Positions 33,834-43,823 of a DNA stretch of 64,000 nucleotides are shown here, in pieces; the first letter of the stretch is position 1; the number at the start of each line of letters is the position of its first letter. Source of the stretch: a virus (taxonomy: Duplodnaviria > Caudoviricetes); IMG/VR virus record IMGVR_UViG_2937884906_000001, positions 1-64,000 of that record. One strand, given 5' to 3'. Under the pieces are notes generated by a model. The model made no database searches. It saw nothing but the letters and a program-made list of their open reading frames with translations, and was not told the DNA's origin. A program made the position numbers and the translations under genes.

Positions 33834-34293
33834 CCAACAGCTTCTGCTTGCTCGGCGAAAGGAAGTCCCGAAGATCTCGTGTCTCCGTCTCGGTGACGAC
33901 GACACTTGGAACATCCTGATGGCGATAGATCGCGATGCAGTTGTTCCTCATAATTCCCCGGAACGGGTCGACCTTTGAAAGGCCACCGTACAGGTGGTGG
34001 AGAATGCGTCCGTTTTCAACGAAAACACCGCAGTGATTTCCAAAAGTGGAGCCGACTGCGGCGACCGCAACATCCCCGAATTTGATCTCGGTCGGATGGA
34101 CCTGAACTTCCCGAAAGCCCATGCTCTTGTAGTTGTCGCCGAACAGGTTTAGACCTCTCTGATAGAAGTCTTCTGGACGGGCTATATTGGGCAATTCGAT
34201 GCCGAAAATGTCACGATAGAAGTCGCGCACCAAGCCGAAACAGTCACACGACGCCCATACGAATTGACGGCCAAGAAGGTGCTGATAGTTCAT
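33778..34293 (-). CDS. NlpC/P60 tail-tip peptidase (K C-terminal half)
   Basis: DCFGLVRDFY, NHCGVF, ILHH. Confidence 0.88.
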   Translation of the reverse strand: MNYQHLLGRQFVWASCDCFGLVRDFYRDIFGIELPNIARPEDFYQRGLNLFGDNYKSMGFREVQVHPTEIKFGDVAVAAVGSTFGNHCGVFVENGRILHHLYGGLSKVDPFRGIMRNNCIAIYRHQDVPSVVVTETETRDLRDFLSPSKQKLLDELRAAHSGTQPEADGRP

Positions 34294-34790
34294 CAGGCGA
34301 GCCTCACCATGGGGAACTCCGGAGGGATGAATTGGCGGGCCGGAACCTTGCTGTTTGGCCCCTCGGTCATAACCCGCAGCTCTGCGGTGATTGATTGGCC
34401 GGCGGTTACATCAGCGATCCGGGAAATGTACCACATGCGGCGCTGATAGATCTGCACGTCGCCTTCGTAGTGGTCACGCAGGAGCCGATAGCGAATGACT
34501 GTGGCACGATCGAGCAGACGCTGGCGCACGAGCGTGCTGAACACACCGTCCGGGTTGATCAGCTGCAGCCTCGGTCGGGTTTCCTCACCATCGGCCGATC
34601 GTTTCTCCCCCGAGATCTGGATGCCGAACATCTCCCAAGATTGTCCCTGCCAGGTGCGGGTGGTGCTGTCGCTCAGACGCAGAATAACCGGCTCTGTCCG
34701 GAGCTGGATCTCGTAGAGGTTCACGTATCCGTCCGCAGTCAGCTTCTGCGACTCGGTCATATGCTCGATTGGTTTGTTGATGTCGCTCAT
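34293..34790 (-). CDS. minor tail protein L-like
   Basis: G.V.LYEI, RPRLQL, C-terminal .P.RQF; position after M-like gene. Confidence 0.75.
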   Translation of the reverse strand: MSDINKPIEHMTESQKLTADGYVNLYEIQLRTEPVILRLSDSTTRTWQGQSWEMFGIQISGEKRSADGEETRPRLQLINPDGVFSTLVRQRLLDRATVIRYRLLRDHYEGDVQIYQRRMWYISRIADVTAGQSITAELRVMTEGPNSKVPARQFIPPEFPMVRLA

Positions 34791-35170
34791 GGCTGGAGGA
34801 TGAACTCGACGTTGACCTGCTCGGTTTGGCCGTTGCCCTTCTCGACGCCTTTGGGCACCTGGAGCGGCTTGGAGAAACGAACTTTGACCAAACCACGGCG
34901 CGGGTGTGGGTAGTTGAATGGCTCGTAGAGCCGATGGGCCTCGTAGAAGTCTTGCAAGCATTGCATGTTGCGTTGGGGCTCGCGGACGGCGTCCACAACA
35001 CCAGGACTGCTCTCGAAGAACCACATCGCTTTGAAGGCCAGCTTGAAGGTGATCTGGTCCGGCCCGTTGGGCTTGGTGGCGAACTGGTAGCCGCCGCCAA
35101 ACTGGATCACGGTCGAACTCTGCGGATATTCATCCGCCACGGTGTGAAAGGGAAAGTCGAAGGTCTGCAT
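34787..35170 (-). CDS. minor tail protein M-like (distal tail)
   Basis: IQFGGGYQ, FYEAH..Y.PF; immediately after tape measure. Confidence 0.75.
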   Translation of the reverse strand: MQTFDFPFHTVADEYPQSSTVIQFGGGYQFATKPNGPDQITFKLAFKAMWFFESSPGVVDAVREPQRNMQCLQDFYEAHRLYEPFNYPHPRRGLVKVRFSKPLQVPKGVEKGNGQTEQVNVEFILQP

Positions 35171-38100
35171 CATATCTTCCCAGAGTTGATCGCCTTGATC
35201 AGCGAGCGGGTCACGCCACGGCGGCGGATGTCGTCGCTGATGTACGCCACGACGTCGTCGGGCCCGAGCTGCGGCTTCTCTTCCGGCAGGACCGCCCACA
35301 CGTTCACCGGCCGCTGATCAGCCGGCTGTGGGGCCGGAAGGGTCGGCATCCCGGCGGAGATCCGGCGGTTACCCAGCGCGTTCACTTTCTCCAAGGAGTC
35401 ACGGCCGATCTGATTGACCGCCGAGGCACGCAGGATCATTTCTCCAGGCATCACTTTGCGGAGCTGGCTGTCGCGAAACGGCGTGGTGCCGCCGGGGATC
35501 ATCTCACCGTTGGCCGACCGCTTGACGCCCGCGATGTACTGGCCGGTGGCGGCGCCGCCAACGAGCATGCTGAAGAAGCTGCCGATGCCGGAGCTCGCAC
35601 CGCTGCCGCCCATCAGACCTTGCAGCATGTTAAAGACCAGCGCCTTGGCAATCATCTGCATGAGCATCTGGACGACGGACAGGCCGAACTTCTTGAAGGC
35701 CTCGCCGGCCGACATGGAGCCTGATGCAAGGTCAGTGAACAAGGTGCCCATCGAGTTGGCGATGCCGTCGAGCGCCTGGCCCCAAGCCGCACCGGCCTTT
35801 TGAGCCGACGAGATCATGTTGCCGTTCGCATCCATGATGCCGTTGCGCTGCATCCAGGCGCGGTTCGCTGCCTCGATCGCATCCTTCAGTGTCATCTCGC
35901 CCTGGGCAGCGGCCTGGGTGTCGGCGGTGGACTGCCGGCGTACGCCCGTCAGGCTCTGCTCGACCGAATACTGACGCTCCTTCAACGCTTGGACGATCTG
36001 GCTGTTGGCGCCATACTGCTGCTCGGCCGCGGCTACCTGCTGGAGGATGTAGGCGTGGAGCTGCTCAAGCTGGTTCAGACGCTCCTGCTGAGCGGCCTGC
36101 TGCTGGAGCTGCACATCGTGCTGCGCATCCTGGACCTGAGAGTCAGTGTACTTGCTCGCATAGAGCGGGTTCTGCATTGCCGAGAGCTTGGCCTGCGCCT
36201 CTTCGAGCGGTTTGAACTCCATGTTCTCAATGGATTGCTGGTAGCGATCGAGCAGCGTGACGATCTTGCCGCCCAGGCCGCTCTCCAGTTGCTCCTTCAG
36301 GGCGGCCAGACGTTCATCGAAACCATCGGTGCCCTCATTGGCTTTGGTGAAGGAGTCGATCTCCTTCGTCGCCATGTCGGCCCACTTGGTCTTGACCTGA
36401 TCGATGATCGACTGAAGGGCCTGCGGGTCCTGCGCCTTGGACGACTGGACCATCAATGTGTTGATCTGAGCCTCGATCGCCTTGGCCTGGCTGTCGAGAA
36501 GCTTGGTCGCCGCCTTGACTTGGTTCTTCTGGATCTTGTCGGTAGCCGAGCGCATCGCATCGCTCGCACCTTCGGTCAGGTTTTTGGTCTGCGTATCCAG
36601 GGCATCGTCGGCCGCGTCGACCGGCTTCTCCACCATGTCCTTGACCTTGGCCAGGTGCTGGCTGGCCTTGGCCATGATCATGTCGAGGAACTGCTGGGCG
36701 GTCTGCGTGATGTTGCCGCCGTTGCCCGCGACGACATCGGAACCCAAGACGGCCACTGCGTTGCCGTTCGGGTTCTGGACGGCTTTCTGGTAGCCAGATT
36801 GGCCGAGCAGGTGCGAGCCGTAATAGTCCTGGAAGGAGAGCTGGGTGGAGCCCATTTCCTTTTGGGTACGCAGCATGTCCTGGATGCCGGCGTAGATCTG
36901 CATGTCGACGCTGCTGCGGTCACCGGGCGCCAGGCCATGGCTCGCCCAGTTCGCATCCGTGTTCTGATAGATGCCTGCGGCGGTCGAGCCTGGGTTCTTG
37001 GCGTTTGGTTTGAAGCCACTCTCGAATGAGGCAATGGCGAGCGCGATTTGCGGCGGGATCCCGGCCTTGTTCGCGGCCTCAATGATCTTGCGCTGAATGT
37101 CGTTGGCGCTGGCCGAAGGCAGGCCGCCCACGGCGAACGAGCCATAGTCCTGCGAGACGCTGATCCCGGCGATCTGGCCGGCGAGCTCCTGAGCCTTCTT
37201 GTTCAGCTCGTCCAGCTTCTCCTTGACGGTCTTGATGTAATCCGCGGTGGAGTTGTTATCGATCGACTGGGCGAGATTTTTCATCTCGTCCTGAACGCGC
37301 TTCAGCTGGTCGTTGAGGTTGTCGTCGAACGTCTCGTTGGCGACTTTGGCGAGCTCGGCCCGCTTCTCGATCACCGACTGGACGAGATCATCACGGCGCG
37401 TCTTAGCCGCGTCACGGATCTGGCGCTTGGCCAACTCCAGATCGGCATCGTTGCCGCCGACATTCTTGTCGGGGTCGGCGTCAAAGGCATCCTGCTCCAG
37501 CTTGGCCAGTTTGCCGTCGAGGGCGTAGAGCTGGTTCTCAAGCAGATCGACCTGACGTTCGTTCTGAGCATCGCCCAACTGCTTCTTGACCGCAGCAACC
37601 TGGCGCTCGACGTTCTTCTGCTCCTGCTCGGCCATGTAGGCCTGGAACTTCTTGAAGGCCTTGACGGAGCCCTCGGCGCCTTTCTTGAACTCGCCCTGGA
37701 GACCAGCGATGTTGGTCTTTAGCTCGCTCCCATCGACGGCGTCCTTGATCTCCTTGTCCGAGAAGTCGCCGGACTTGCGCATCTCATCGGCCGCGGCCTT
37801 GAGACCCTCGTTGATCTTCTCGATACGCTTGTCGAGCTCGGCCTGAAGCTCGTCGTAGGCGGCCTTCGTCTGCTCGATCGGCAGATCCGATTTGATGATC
37901 TCGCCCAGCCTGCTCGACAGCCAGCCGGTGGTCTCGGTCTTGAGCCTGTCGGCCGTCTGGTAGCCGGGAGTGCTCTGGAGCGTTGCAGCGGACTGCTTCG
38001 AGACCTGGACGGTGCGGTCGGCTTTCTCCGCCTGGATCTGCACCAGATATTTGGAGATTGGATCAAAGCCTTCCCGCAATGACTTCAGGAAGTCGAGGTT

Positions 38101-40605
38101 CTTCTTCAGGGTGGCGAGCTGGGTGCTTTCACCTTCGGAGAGGTCGCCGCCGATACCCATGAAGCCATTGCGGGCATCGAGCGGCTTGATCTTTCGCTCG
38201 GTGGACAGGATCAGGCGCTCCAACATGACCCCCAAAGCCTGGGCCCGCTGCCCGTCGACTTTGTCCAGGTCCGTTACCTGGTTGGTGGATATCTTGAAGG
38301 CGTCGGCGATGTCCTTGCCAAACTCCTGGGCAACCTTGTCGTTGTAGGAAGGAATGTCCCGGGTCTCGACTGCGCCACCGACGCCGAAGCGCCGAGAAGC
38401 ACCCAAGGAGGCGGTCCAGTAGCTATTGCCACTCGCCTGATCACTGGCGGCTTCACGCAACAGTCCAGTCTTCTCATCGATCTTGTCGACCAGTAGGCCG
38501 AACTGTTCGGGCAGACCCTTGACCATCTCGGCTTTGAGGTTCTGCATGGCCTTGATGAGGTCAGCGACAGAGGACGAAGAGGCGTCGATCTCTCCGGTCA
38601 GTTCCTGGAAGGTGGACAGCACCTCCATGACCTTCGTCTTGCGCAGCATGTCGCTGCCCGCGTCCAGGCTCTTCTGCTTCTGCGAGAGGTCGTCCAGCGT
38701 CGTGGTGAGGCTGGTGAGCCGGTCGGTGGTGTTGTCGATGGACGCCTGATACTCGTTCTGTTCGGTTTTCAGCCGGTCGAGCGTGCTCGCCACCCGGCCA
38801 GCCGTGTCGCCATAGGCCGAAAGGGCCTGCACCACGCCGAGCACGATCGTGGCGCCCAGGAAGATCGGGTTGCCGAGAGTGGCAGCGCGCAAGACCGTGA
38901 AGGCACCTGCCGCGCCGGTCGCCGCCGTGCCGAGACCAATGAGGCCCGCTACCAGCCTGCCGAGCTTGACCAGGAGAGCGGCCGAGACCAGCGTTGCGAT
39001 CGCAGTGCCGACAATCTGCACGAGGGGCTGAAGTTCCCGGAGCCAGGCGATCACGCTTGACCCAGTTGAAACGGTGTTCTGCAGAGTGCGGATGAACGGC
39101 TGGAATGCGGTGTAGACCAGGGCGCCGAGGTTCGACCCGAAGTTCTTCGCCGTGTTGGCGAGCGACTCCATCTGGGTCTGGTTCGCCTCGGCCGCAGCGT
39201 TGGTCAGAAGGAAGGACTGCCGGAGCTCCGACATCGTGTCCAGGTTGTTTGCGAGTGCCGTGTAGGCGGCGGCGGCACGCACCTCGAGACCGTTGAACGC
39301 GCTCGACGTATCGAAGCCGGCGTTCTTGAGGTTCTCCAGGACGCCCGAGAGGCCGTGTGATTTGAGATCGATGTCCTCCAGCGACAGGCCGAGACGGGAG
39401 AGCTCGGCCTTGAGGTTCTTGGAAGGTGTGATCAGGTCCACCAGGAGCTGGCGCATGCCGGTGCCGATGGTCGAGCCGGATCTGATGCCGGCGTTGGCCA
39501 TCGCGCCAACGGCAGCAGTCAGTTCGTTGTAGCTGACACCCACGGTTGCCGCGGTGTTGCCAGCGTACTGAAGGGCGGCCGACAACTGGTCGAGCGTCAG
39601 CTTGCTCTCGTTCAGAGCAGCGGTGAAGACGTCGGCCAGGTGGCCCGCCTCGCCCGCCTGAAGACCGAAGATGTTCAGAGAGCTGGTGACGAGATCGACG
39701 GCGTCCTTCAACTCAGTGCCGGCAGCGGTCGCCAGCTTGGCCACCGGTTCGATGGCCTCAGAGACCTGCCCAGCCGACATGCCTGCTTGGCCCATCAGGG
39801 TCGCAGCTTCGGAGATCTCATTGGCAGTGAACTTGGTCTTCTCCGACACCGAAAGGAGCCGATCCTCCATCAGCCCCATCTCGGCGTTGGTGGAGGCAGT
39901 GATGGCCTGGAACTGCTTGAACTGCTCGTCGAGGTTGACGATGAAGTTTCCGAGGCTGAAGGCCGCGCTGTAAGCGCCACCCACCATGGCGTAATTGTTG
40001 AGGATGCCAGCCTGGGACAGAAACTGGTTGGCGCCGCCATTCAGGTTCCGGCGCTCGCTCTGCTTCTGGAAACCATACGCAGCGTCACCCAGCCGCGCGC
40101 GGTTGTTGCGGTCGGTCATCCGGTTCCGGAGCAGTGTCTCTTCGCTCTCCAGATTGGTGAGCGACCGCTTGACCGCCTTGAGGTAGGTGGAGTTGACTTC
40201 GTCGAGATACTTGCCCACCAGCTGGTTGGTGGTCGACTTCATCTCGGAAATTTCGCGCTGGAAGGCTGCACGGTTGGCCTGGGACTGCTCGGTGCCCAGG
40301 GCGTAGTCTCGAGCCACGGCGGCCGGCGCCGAACGCTGCCGATTGCGGATCTGGGAAAGGCGGGCCTCGTGGGCGGCTGTGTCCTGGCCCTGCTTGCGCA
40401 GCGAGGCCATCTCGCTCTCAAGCTTCTTGATGTACGAGACGTATTCCTGTGCCGCCTTGCGCATGTTCTGTTGAACCTGCGTGGAGTTGACGGCGAGGTC
40501 GTCACTGAACGTTTTCAGTTTGTTGCGGAGCTGATCGATTTCTCGAAGACTGTCCTGCAGGTCGATATCGACGTCATACAGGATGTCATTCTGCTCAAGC
40601 GCCAA
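35170..40605 (-). CDS. tape measure protein with lytic transglycosylase (SLT) domain
   Basis: 1811 aa; TP901-like core; ALAIASFESGF.PNA.N..S.AAG.YQ SLT motif. Confidence 0.93.
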   Translation of the reverse strand: MALEQNDILYDVDIDLQDSLREIDQLRNKLKTFSDDLAVNSTQVQQNMRKAAQEYVSYIKKLESEMASLRKQGQDTAAHEARLSQIRNRQRSAPAAVARDYALGTEQSQANRAAFQREISEMKSTTNQLVGKYLDEVNSTYLKAVKRSLTNLESEETLLRNRMTDRNNRARLGDAAYGFQKQSERRNLNGGANQFLSQAGILNNYAMVGGAYSAAFSLGNFIVNLDEQFKQFQAITASTNAEMGLMEDRLLSVSEKTKFTANEISEAATLMGQAGMSAGQVSEAIEPVAKLATAAGTELKDAVDLVTSSLNIFGLQAGEAGHLADVFTAALNESKLTLDQLSAALQYAGNTAATVGVSYNELTAAVGAMANAGIRSGSTIGTGMRQLLVDLITPSKNLKAELSRLGLSLEDIDLKSHGLSGVLENLKNAGFDTSSAFNGLEVRAAAAYTALANNLDTMSELRQSFLLTNAAAEANQTQMESLANTAKNFGSNLGALVYTAFQPFIRTLQNTVSTGSSVIAWLRELQPLVQIVGTAIATLVSAALLVKLGRLVAGLIGLGTAATGAAGAFTVLRAATLGNPIFLGATIVLGVVQALSAYGDTAGRVASTLDRLKTEQNEYQASIDNTTDRLTSLTTTLDDLSQKQKSLDAGSDMLRKTKVMEVLSTFQELTGEIDASSSSVADLIKAMQNLKAEMVKGLPEQFGLLVDKIDEKTGLLREAASDQASGNSYWTASLGASRRFGVGGAVETRDIPSYNDKVAQEFGKDIADAFKISTNQVTDLDKVDGQRAQALGVMLERLILSTERKIKPLDARNGFMGIGGDLSEGESTQLATLKKNLDFLKSLREGFDPISKYLVQIQAEKADRTVQVSKQSAATLQSTPGYQTADRLKTETTGWLSSRLGEIIKSDLPIEQTKAAYDELQAELDKRIEKINEGLKAAADEMRKSGDFSDKEIKDAVDGSELKTNIAGLQGEFKKGAEGSVKAFKKFQAYMAEQEQKNVERQVAAVKKQLGDAQNERQVDLLENQLYALDGKLAKLEQDAFDADPDKNVGGNDADLELAKRQIRDAAKTRRDDLVQSVIEKRAELAKVANETFDDNLNDQLKRVQDEMKNLAQSIDNNSTADYIKTVKEKLDELNKKAQELAGQIAGISVSQDYGSFAVGGLPSASANDIQRKIIEAANKAGIPPQIALAIASFESGFKPNAKNPGSTAAGIYQNTDANWASHGLAPGDRSSVDMQIYAGIQDMLRTQKEMGSTQLSFQDYYGSHLLGQSGYQKAVQNPNGNAVAVLGSDVVAGNGGNITQTAQQFLDMIMAKASQHLAKVKDMVEKPVDAADDALDTQTKNLTEGASDAMRSATDKIQKNQVKAATKLLDSQAKAIEAQINTLMVQSSKAQDPQALQSIIDQVKTKWADMATKEIDSFTKANEGTDGFDERLAALKEQLESGLGGKIVTLLDRYQQSIENMEFKPLEEAQAKLSAMQNPLYASKYTDSQVQDAQHDVQLQQQAAQQERLNQLEQLHAYILQQVAAAEQQYGANSQIVQALKERQYSVEQSLTGVRRQSTADTQAAAQGEMTLKDAIEAANRAWMQRNGIMDANGNMISSAQKAGAAWGQALDGIANSMGTLFTDLASGSMSAGEAFKKFGLSVVQMLMQMIAKALVFNMLQGLMGGSGASSGIGSFFSMLVGGAATGQYIAGVKRSANGEMIPGGTTPFRDSQLRKVMPGEMILRASAVNQIGRDSLEKVNALGNRRISAGMPTLPAPQPADQRPVNVWAVLPEEKPQLGPDDVVAYISDDIRRRGVTRSLIKAINSGKI

Positions 40606-40972
40606 CTTGACCCCCTAGCGTTTGGAACGCCGCCGCGAGTTGGTCCCAGCTTTCAATCACCTGGACTTCCTCGTCGTCAGTTTCATCATCGGAACCGCCG
40701 AGAGCCTTCGAGACGACCGTTGCCAGGTTGTCGAAGTGCTGCCCCAGTTCCGCTACCTTTCCTTCAGTGTTCAGCCGGACGATCGTGACGAGGTCTTTGT
40801 AGGTATGGCTCCAATAGACCTCGCGGAGATCGCTGGGTTTGATCTTCAGCGTCCAGACGATTGCTTCTTCGAAGGAGAGCCCTGTGACCCAGTCAGTGAA
40901 GACGCGCCCTGATGCAGACCGTCGAGAGCTCCCTTGAGCTTCACCACCCGATCCATAGATCGTGTGAAAAAA
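40595..40972 (-). CDS. tail assembly chaperone T segment (expressed as G-T fusion by -1 frameshift)
   Basis: Open frame -1 relative to G, no clear own start, ends at TMP start. Confidence 0.65.
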   Translation of the reverse strand, partial: FFHTIYGSGGEAQGSSRRSASGRVFTDWVTGLSFEEAIVWTLKIKPSDLREVYWSHTYKDLVTIVRLNTEGKVAELGQHFDNLATVVSKALGGSDDETDDEEVQVIESWDQLAAAFQTLGGQVGA

Positions 40973-41259
40973 CCGATGGCATGATCCACCTCCCATGCCA
41001 GGAGGCCTTCCATGTCCGAAGCCGAGATCTCGACATCGTCAAGAGAAGCCAGTCGCTCCTTGATCTTGCCGCTCGGTGCGCGGTCATGGAGCGCCGTCAG
41101 CAGCACTTGTTCACGAAGCTTGGGGGCGAAATAGACGCTGGCCGCGGTGGCCGGCTCGCCCATCAGGGCGGTGATCTCGTTGAGCAATCCGAAGGACATG
41201 AAAATCTCACGCGGTTCACCGTTCTGATTAAGCTCGAACCGGTCCTTTAGATCGGACAT
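40846..41259 (-). CDS. tail assembly chaperone G
   Basis: Between major tail and TMP genes; contains T TTT TTC heptamer. Confidence 0.75.
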   Translation of the reverse strand: MSDLKDRFELNQNGEPREIFMSFGLLNEITALMGEPATAASVYFAPKLREQVLLTALHDRAPSGKIKERLASLDDVEISASDMEGLLAWEVDHAIGFFTRSMDRVVKLKGALDGLHQGASSLTGSQGSPSKKQSSGR

Positions 41260-41277
41260 AAAGTGCTCCTAAAATGT

Positions 41278-41312
41278 GAAAAACCTCGCCCGTGATGTAG
41301 TCACGGGCGAGG
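41278..41312 (-). terminator. intrinsic terminator after major tail gene
   Basis: - strand CCTCGCCCGTGA-CTACA-TCACGGGCGAGG-TTTTT. Confidence 0.85.
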
Positions 41313-41336
41313 CTTTGTTCTACGGAGTTTTGGAAA

Positions 41337-42131
41337 TTAGCGAGCCAGGAGGATCGCCTGGCCGTCGCCGTACTCCCCATAGAAGGGATCGGTCGTGACC
41401 ATCTGGTAGGGCTGCATCTCGAACGGCATGTTCGAGAAGTTGTCCGACGCGAAGGAGATGCCCAGACCGCGCGTCACCTTCACCTTCGGCAGAAGGATGG
41501 TGAACGGCGAGTTGTCCTTCGGCAGGATGCCGGTGACCTTGCAGGCCAGGTCGGGCTGGGTCACGTTCACGCCGACATCGACACGCTTCAGGCGGCCGAC
41601 GCGCGAGCCCACCGGGAAGGTCATTCCAGTCGGGATCTCGAAGCCCGCGGCCAGCGTGGCCGTTTTGGTCGCCTCGGTCCATTCATCGACCTTCACGACG
41701 TGGACGTAGTCGTCCTGGCCCTTCTGGATGAAGAGGTAGTCACCGGCCACGATTGGTTTGGTCGGCGAGACCGCCAGCACGATGTCGGAGGCAGCGGCGG
41801 TCACCTCGGCGCTCAGGGCCGACAGTTCGTCCACGACGTCGAAGCTCGTGCCCGAGGCGTCGAGGCCGGCGGCGTACGCGATGTTCTTCGCGGTGAACTC
41901 GTAGACTTCGCACGAAGTCTTGAGGCCTTCGCCCGTGCGGACGGACATCACAACGGCGTTTCGGATGCCCTGCGTGAGTTCGGTGTATTGGGCTTCGCCG
42001 GTCAGCTGGAAGTTCTTCACGAGGCCGATCGAATGTTCCATCGGATTGAGCTGGTGAAGGTCAGCGAGGGGACCGAGCATGACGGTCGCCGTGGACAGCA
42101 TAAACTTGTTCGTTTTGGCGTTACCGGCCAT
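41337..42131 (-). CDS. major tail protein
   Basis: 264 aa, biased codons, followed by terminator and G/T chaperones. Confidence 0.8.
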   Translation of the reverse strand: MAGNAKTNKFMLSTATVMLGPLADLHQLNPMEHSIGLVKNFQLTGEAQYTELTQGIRNAVVMSVRTGEGLKTSCEVYEFTAKNIAYAAGLDASGTSFDVVDELSALSAEVTAAASDIVLAVSPTKPIVAGDYLFIQKGQDDYVHVVKVDEWTEATKTATLAAGFEIPTGMTFPVGSRVGRLKRVDVGVNVTQPDLACKVTGILPKDNSPFTILLPKVKVTRGLGISFASDNFSNMPFEMQPYQMVTTDPFYGEYGDGQAILLAR

Positions 42132-42218
42132 GGGGTGCTCCTTTTGGAAATCGGCGCAGAATGATCTTTCAATCGCGCTTGTTAGGTGGGCACCCGCACC
42201 TACATGAGCAATCAACCT

Positions 42219-42237
42219 GTGCAGCATAATGGTGTAA
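42219..42237 (+). promoter_or_regulatory. -10 element (CATAAT) overlapped by operator-like site
   Basis: GTGCAGCA-TAA-TGGTGTAA directly before ATG 42239; resembles palindrome at 48311. Confidence 0.5.
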
Positions 42238-42238
42238 A

Positions 42239-42430
42239 ATGAAGCGCATTACCGTGAATGTCGACGACGAGTTGAAGGAGATCCTGGAGCGCCGTGCTAC
42301 CTTTCTTCGGCGTTCCTTGTCTGCTGAGATCGTCACGCTTGTTGAGACGGCTCTCGCTCAGGAAGACGAGACCAATCGGGCCATCCTCCAGGCTCACTAT
42401 GCCATCGGATCGACCAGCGCCTCGGCCTGA
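42239..42430 (+). CDS. Arc/Mnt-like ribbon-helix-helix regulator, antisense within late operon
   Basis: MKRITVNVDDELKEILERRA....RSLSAEIV.LVE.AL classic RHH pattern. Confidence 0.8.
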   Translation: MKRITVNVDDELKEILERRATFLRRSLSAEIVTLVETALAQEDETNRAILQAHYAIGSTSASA

Positions 42431-42852
42431 ATGAACTGCAGCGCTCTTGTATTGGCCTTGGTCATCGGGGCGACTGATGTTCCATCAACGATCTTGAGCC
42501 AGCTGTATGGCTGCTCCGTTTTGCTGTCGAAGACCGACAGCCGCGTTCCGCTCTTCAGAGACTTGAAGAGGAAGTCCACCATCGCGCGGTGGACAAACAA
42601 TCCATCGTCCTTGAACGAACCGACGCCGATCACAAACGTTGCGCTGTAGATCCCATTGGACAACTCGTCGATCGCCAACGAGGCTGGACCGATCAGGTGG
42701 AGAGCCGGCGCTTCTTCGATGTTGGCGTGCGCCTCCCAGTCGAACATCTGCATGCTTTCGAGCGGCGTGATGTCGTTGGCGGCTATCATCTGGATCTGCT
42801 GGTTGACGTAGGCCGCGACCGACGTCCAAACATTCATGTAGGCCATTCTCAA
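42397..42852 (-). CDS. putative tail terminator/completion protein
   Basis: 151 aa, immediately upstream of major tail gene; positional. Confidence 0.6.
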   Translation of the reverse strand: MRMAYMNVWTSVAAYVNQQIQMIAANDITPLESMQMFDWEAHANIEEAPALHLIGPASLAIDELSNGIYSATFVIGVGSFKDDGLFVHRAMVDFLFKSLKSGTRLSVFDSKTEQPYSWLKIVDGTSVAPMTKANTRALQFIQAEALVDPMA

Positions 42853-43823
42853 TCTCCGTATTTGCGGCTCTTGCCGATCGAGTATCGGTTCAAAGCCTTC
42901 GCAACCGCGGCCGGTACCCTCTTCTGGAAGAAGTACGCCAAGGACGGCTCGAGCATCGGCCTGTAGAAATTCATGCTCTGGCTGGTGCTTGGGTTGTGGA
43001 CCGAGCCGATCTTGAAGCCGCTCTTGTTCCTCTTGAGGATGCGGTGACGATCGATGACGCCGCCCTCTAGCTTCTTGATTGCGCTCTCACTGAGGCCCAT
43101 CAGGCGGGCCAGCACCGGCATGTTGCCGGAGGTGCTGATATCCTGGTTGAATGTCTTCTGGTTGAGGACGGCGTGCGCGACGTTGACGGGCGCCCCCGCC
43201 AACAGGTTGATGCTGATGTCGGCAATCTTGTAGACGCGCTTGCCGGTGTCGCTCTCATAGTAATAGGGGCGGATCGTGACGCACCCATAACTGACCGTTC
43301 CGGTGCCGCCCGCAGCCTTGAAGCCCTTGTTCAATCCCACCACGCCGGGGCCTGCCTTGGCTCGGATCTCGGAACGCAGCGCGGAAGTGTGTAGGAAGAA
43401 CTTGTCCTTGTTGGCTGTCTTCTTCCGCCGGGTGATGTTGGCCAGGTTGCGCCAGTCCAGCAGAATGCCGGCCTCGTCGAATTCATCAATTTCAAGGGTT
43501 GTCTTGCCCCCATACTCACTCTCAGAGCGTTGACCGATCAGCTCCGTGCCAATGAACTGCCCGATCTTGCGCAGCTCCTGGTCGATGCCATCAGAGATCC
43601 GCTTCGCCAAAGTCTCAGCTTTGGTGCTGAAGAAGTTGGCCCTGTTTGACCTCTCTATCGTCCTGGCCAGCTCGTTGGCGATGAAGCTCGGGATCTGCCC
43701 CATATCCGAGGTAGAAAACTGGTTCACCGACCGACCGATCGAGGCTGAAGCTAAACCACCCGGTACCCCGGAGCCGTGCTTGGTGATGGTGGCGGTGATT
43801 TTGGCCTTAGCGGATCTCGGCAT
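42849..43823 (-). CDS. putative neck/tail-completion protein
   Basis: 324 aa basic protein in head-tail joining position; C-terminal YRPMLEP. Confidence 0.5.
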   Translation of the reverse strand: MPRSAKAKITATITKHGSGVPGGLASASIGRSVNQFSTSDMGQIPSFIANELARTIERSNRANFFSTKAETLAKRISDGIDQELRKIGQFIGTELIGQRSESEYGGKTTLEIDEFDEAGILLDWRNLANITRRKKTANKDKFFLHTSALRSEIRAKAGPGVVGLNKGFKAAGGTGTVSYGCVTIRPYYYESDTGKRVYKIADISINLLAGAPVNVAHAVLNQKTFNQDISTSGNMPVLARLMGLSESAIKKLEGGVIDRHRILKRNKSGFKIGSVHNPSTSQSMNFYRPMLEPSLAYFFQKRVPAAVAKALNRYSIGKSRKYGD

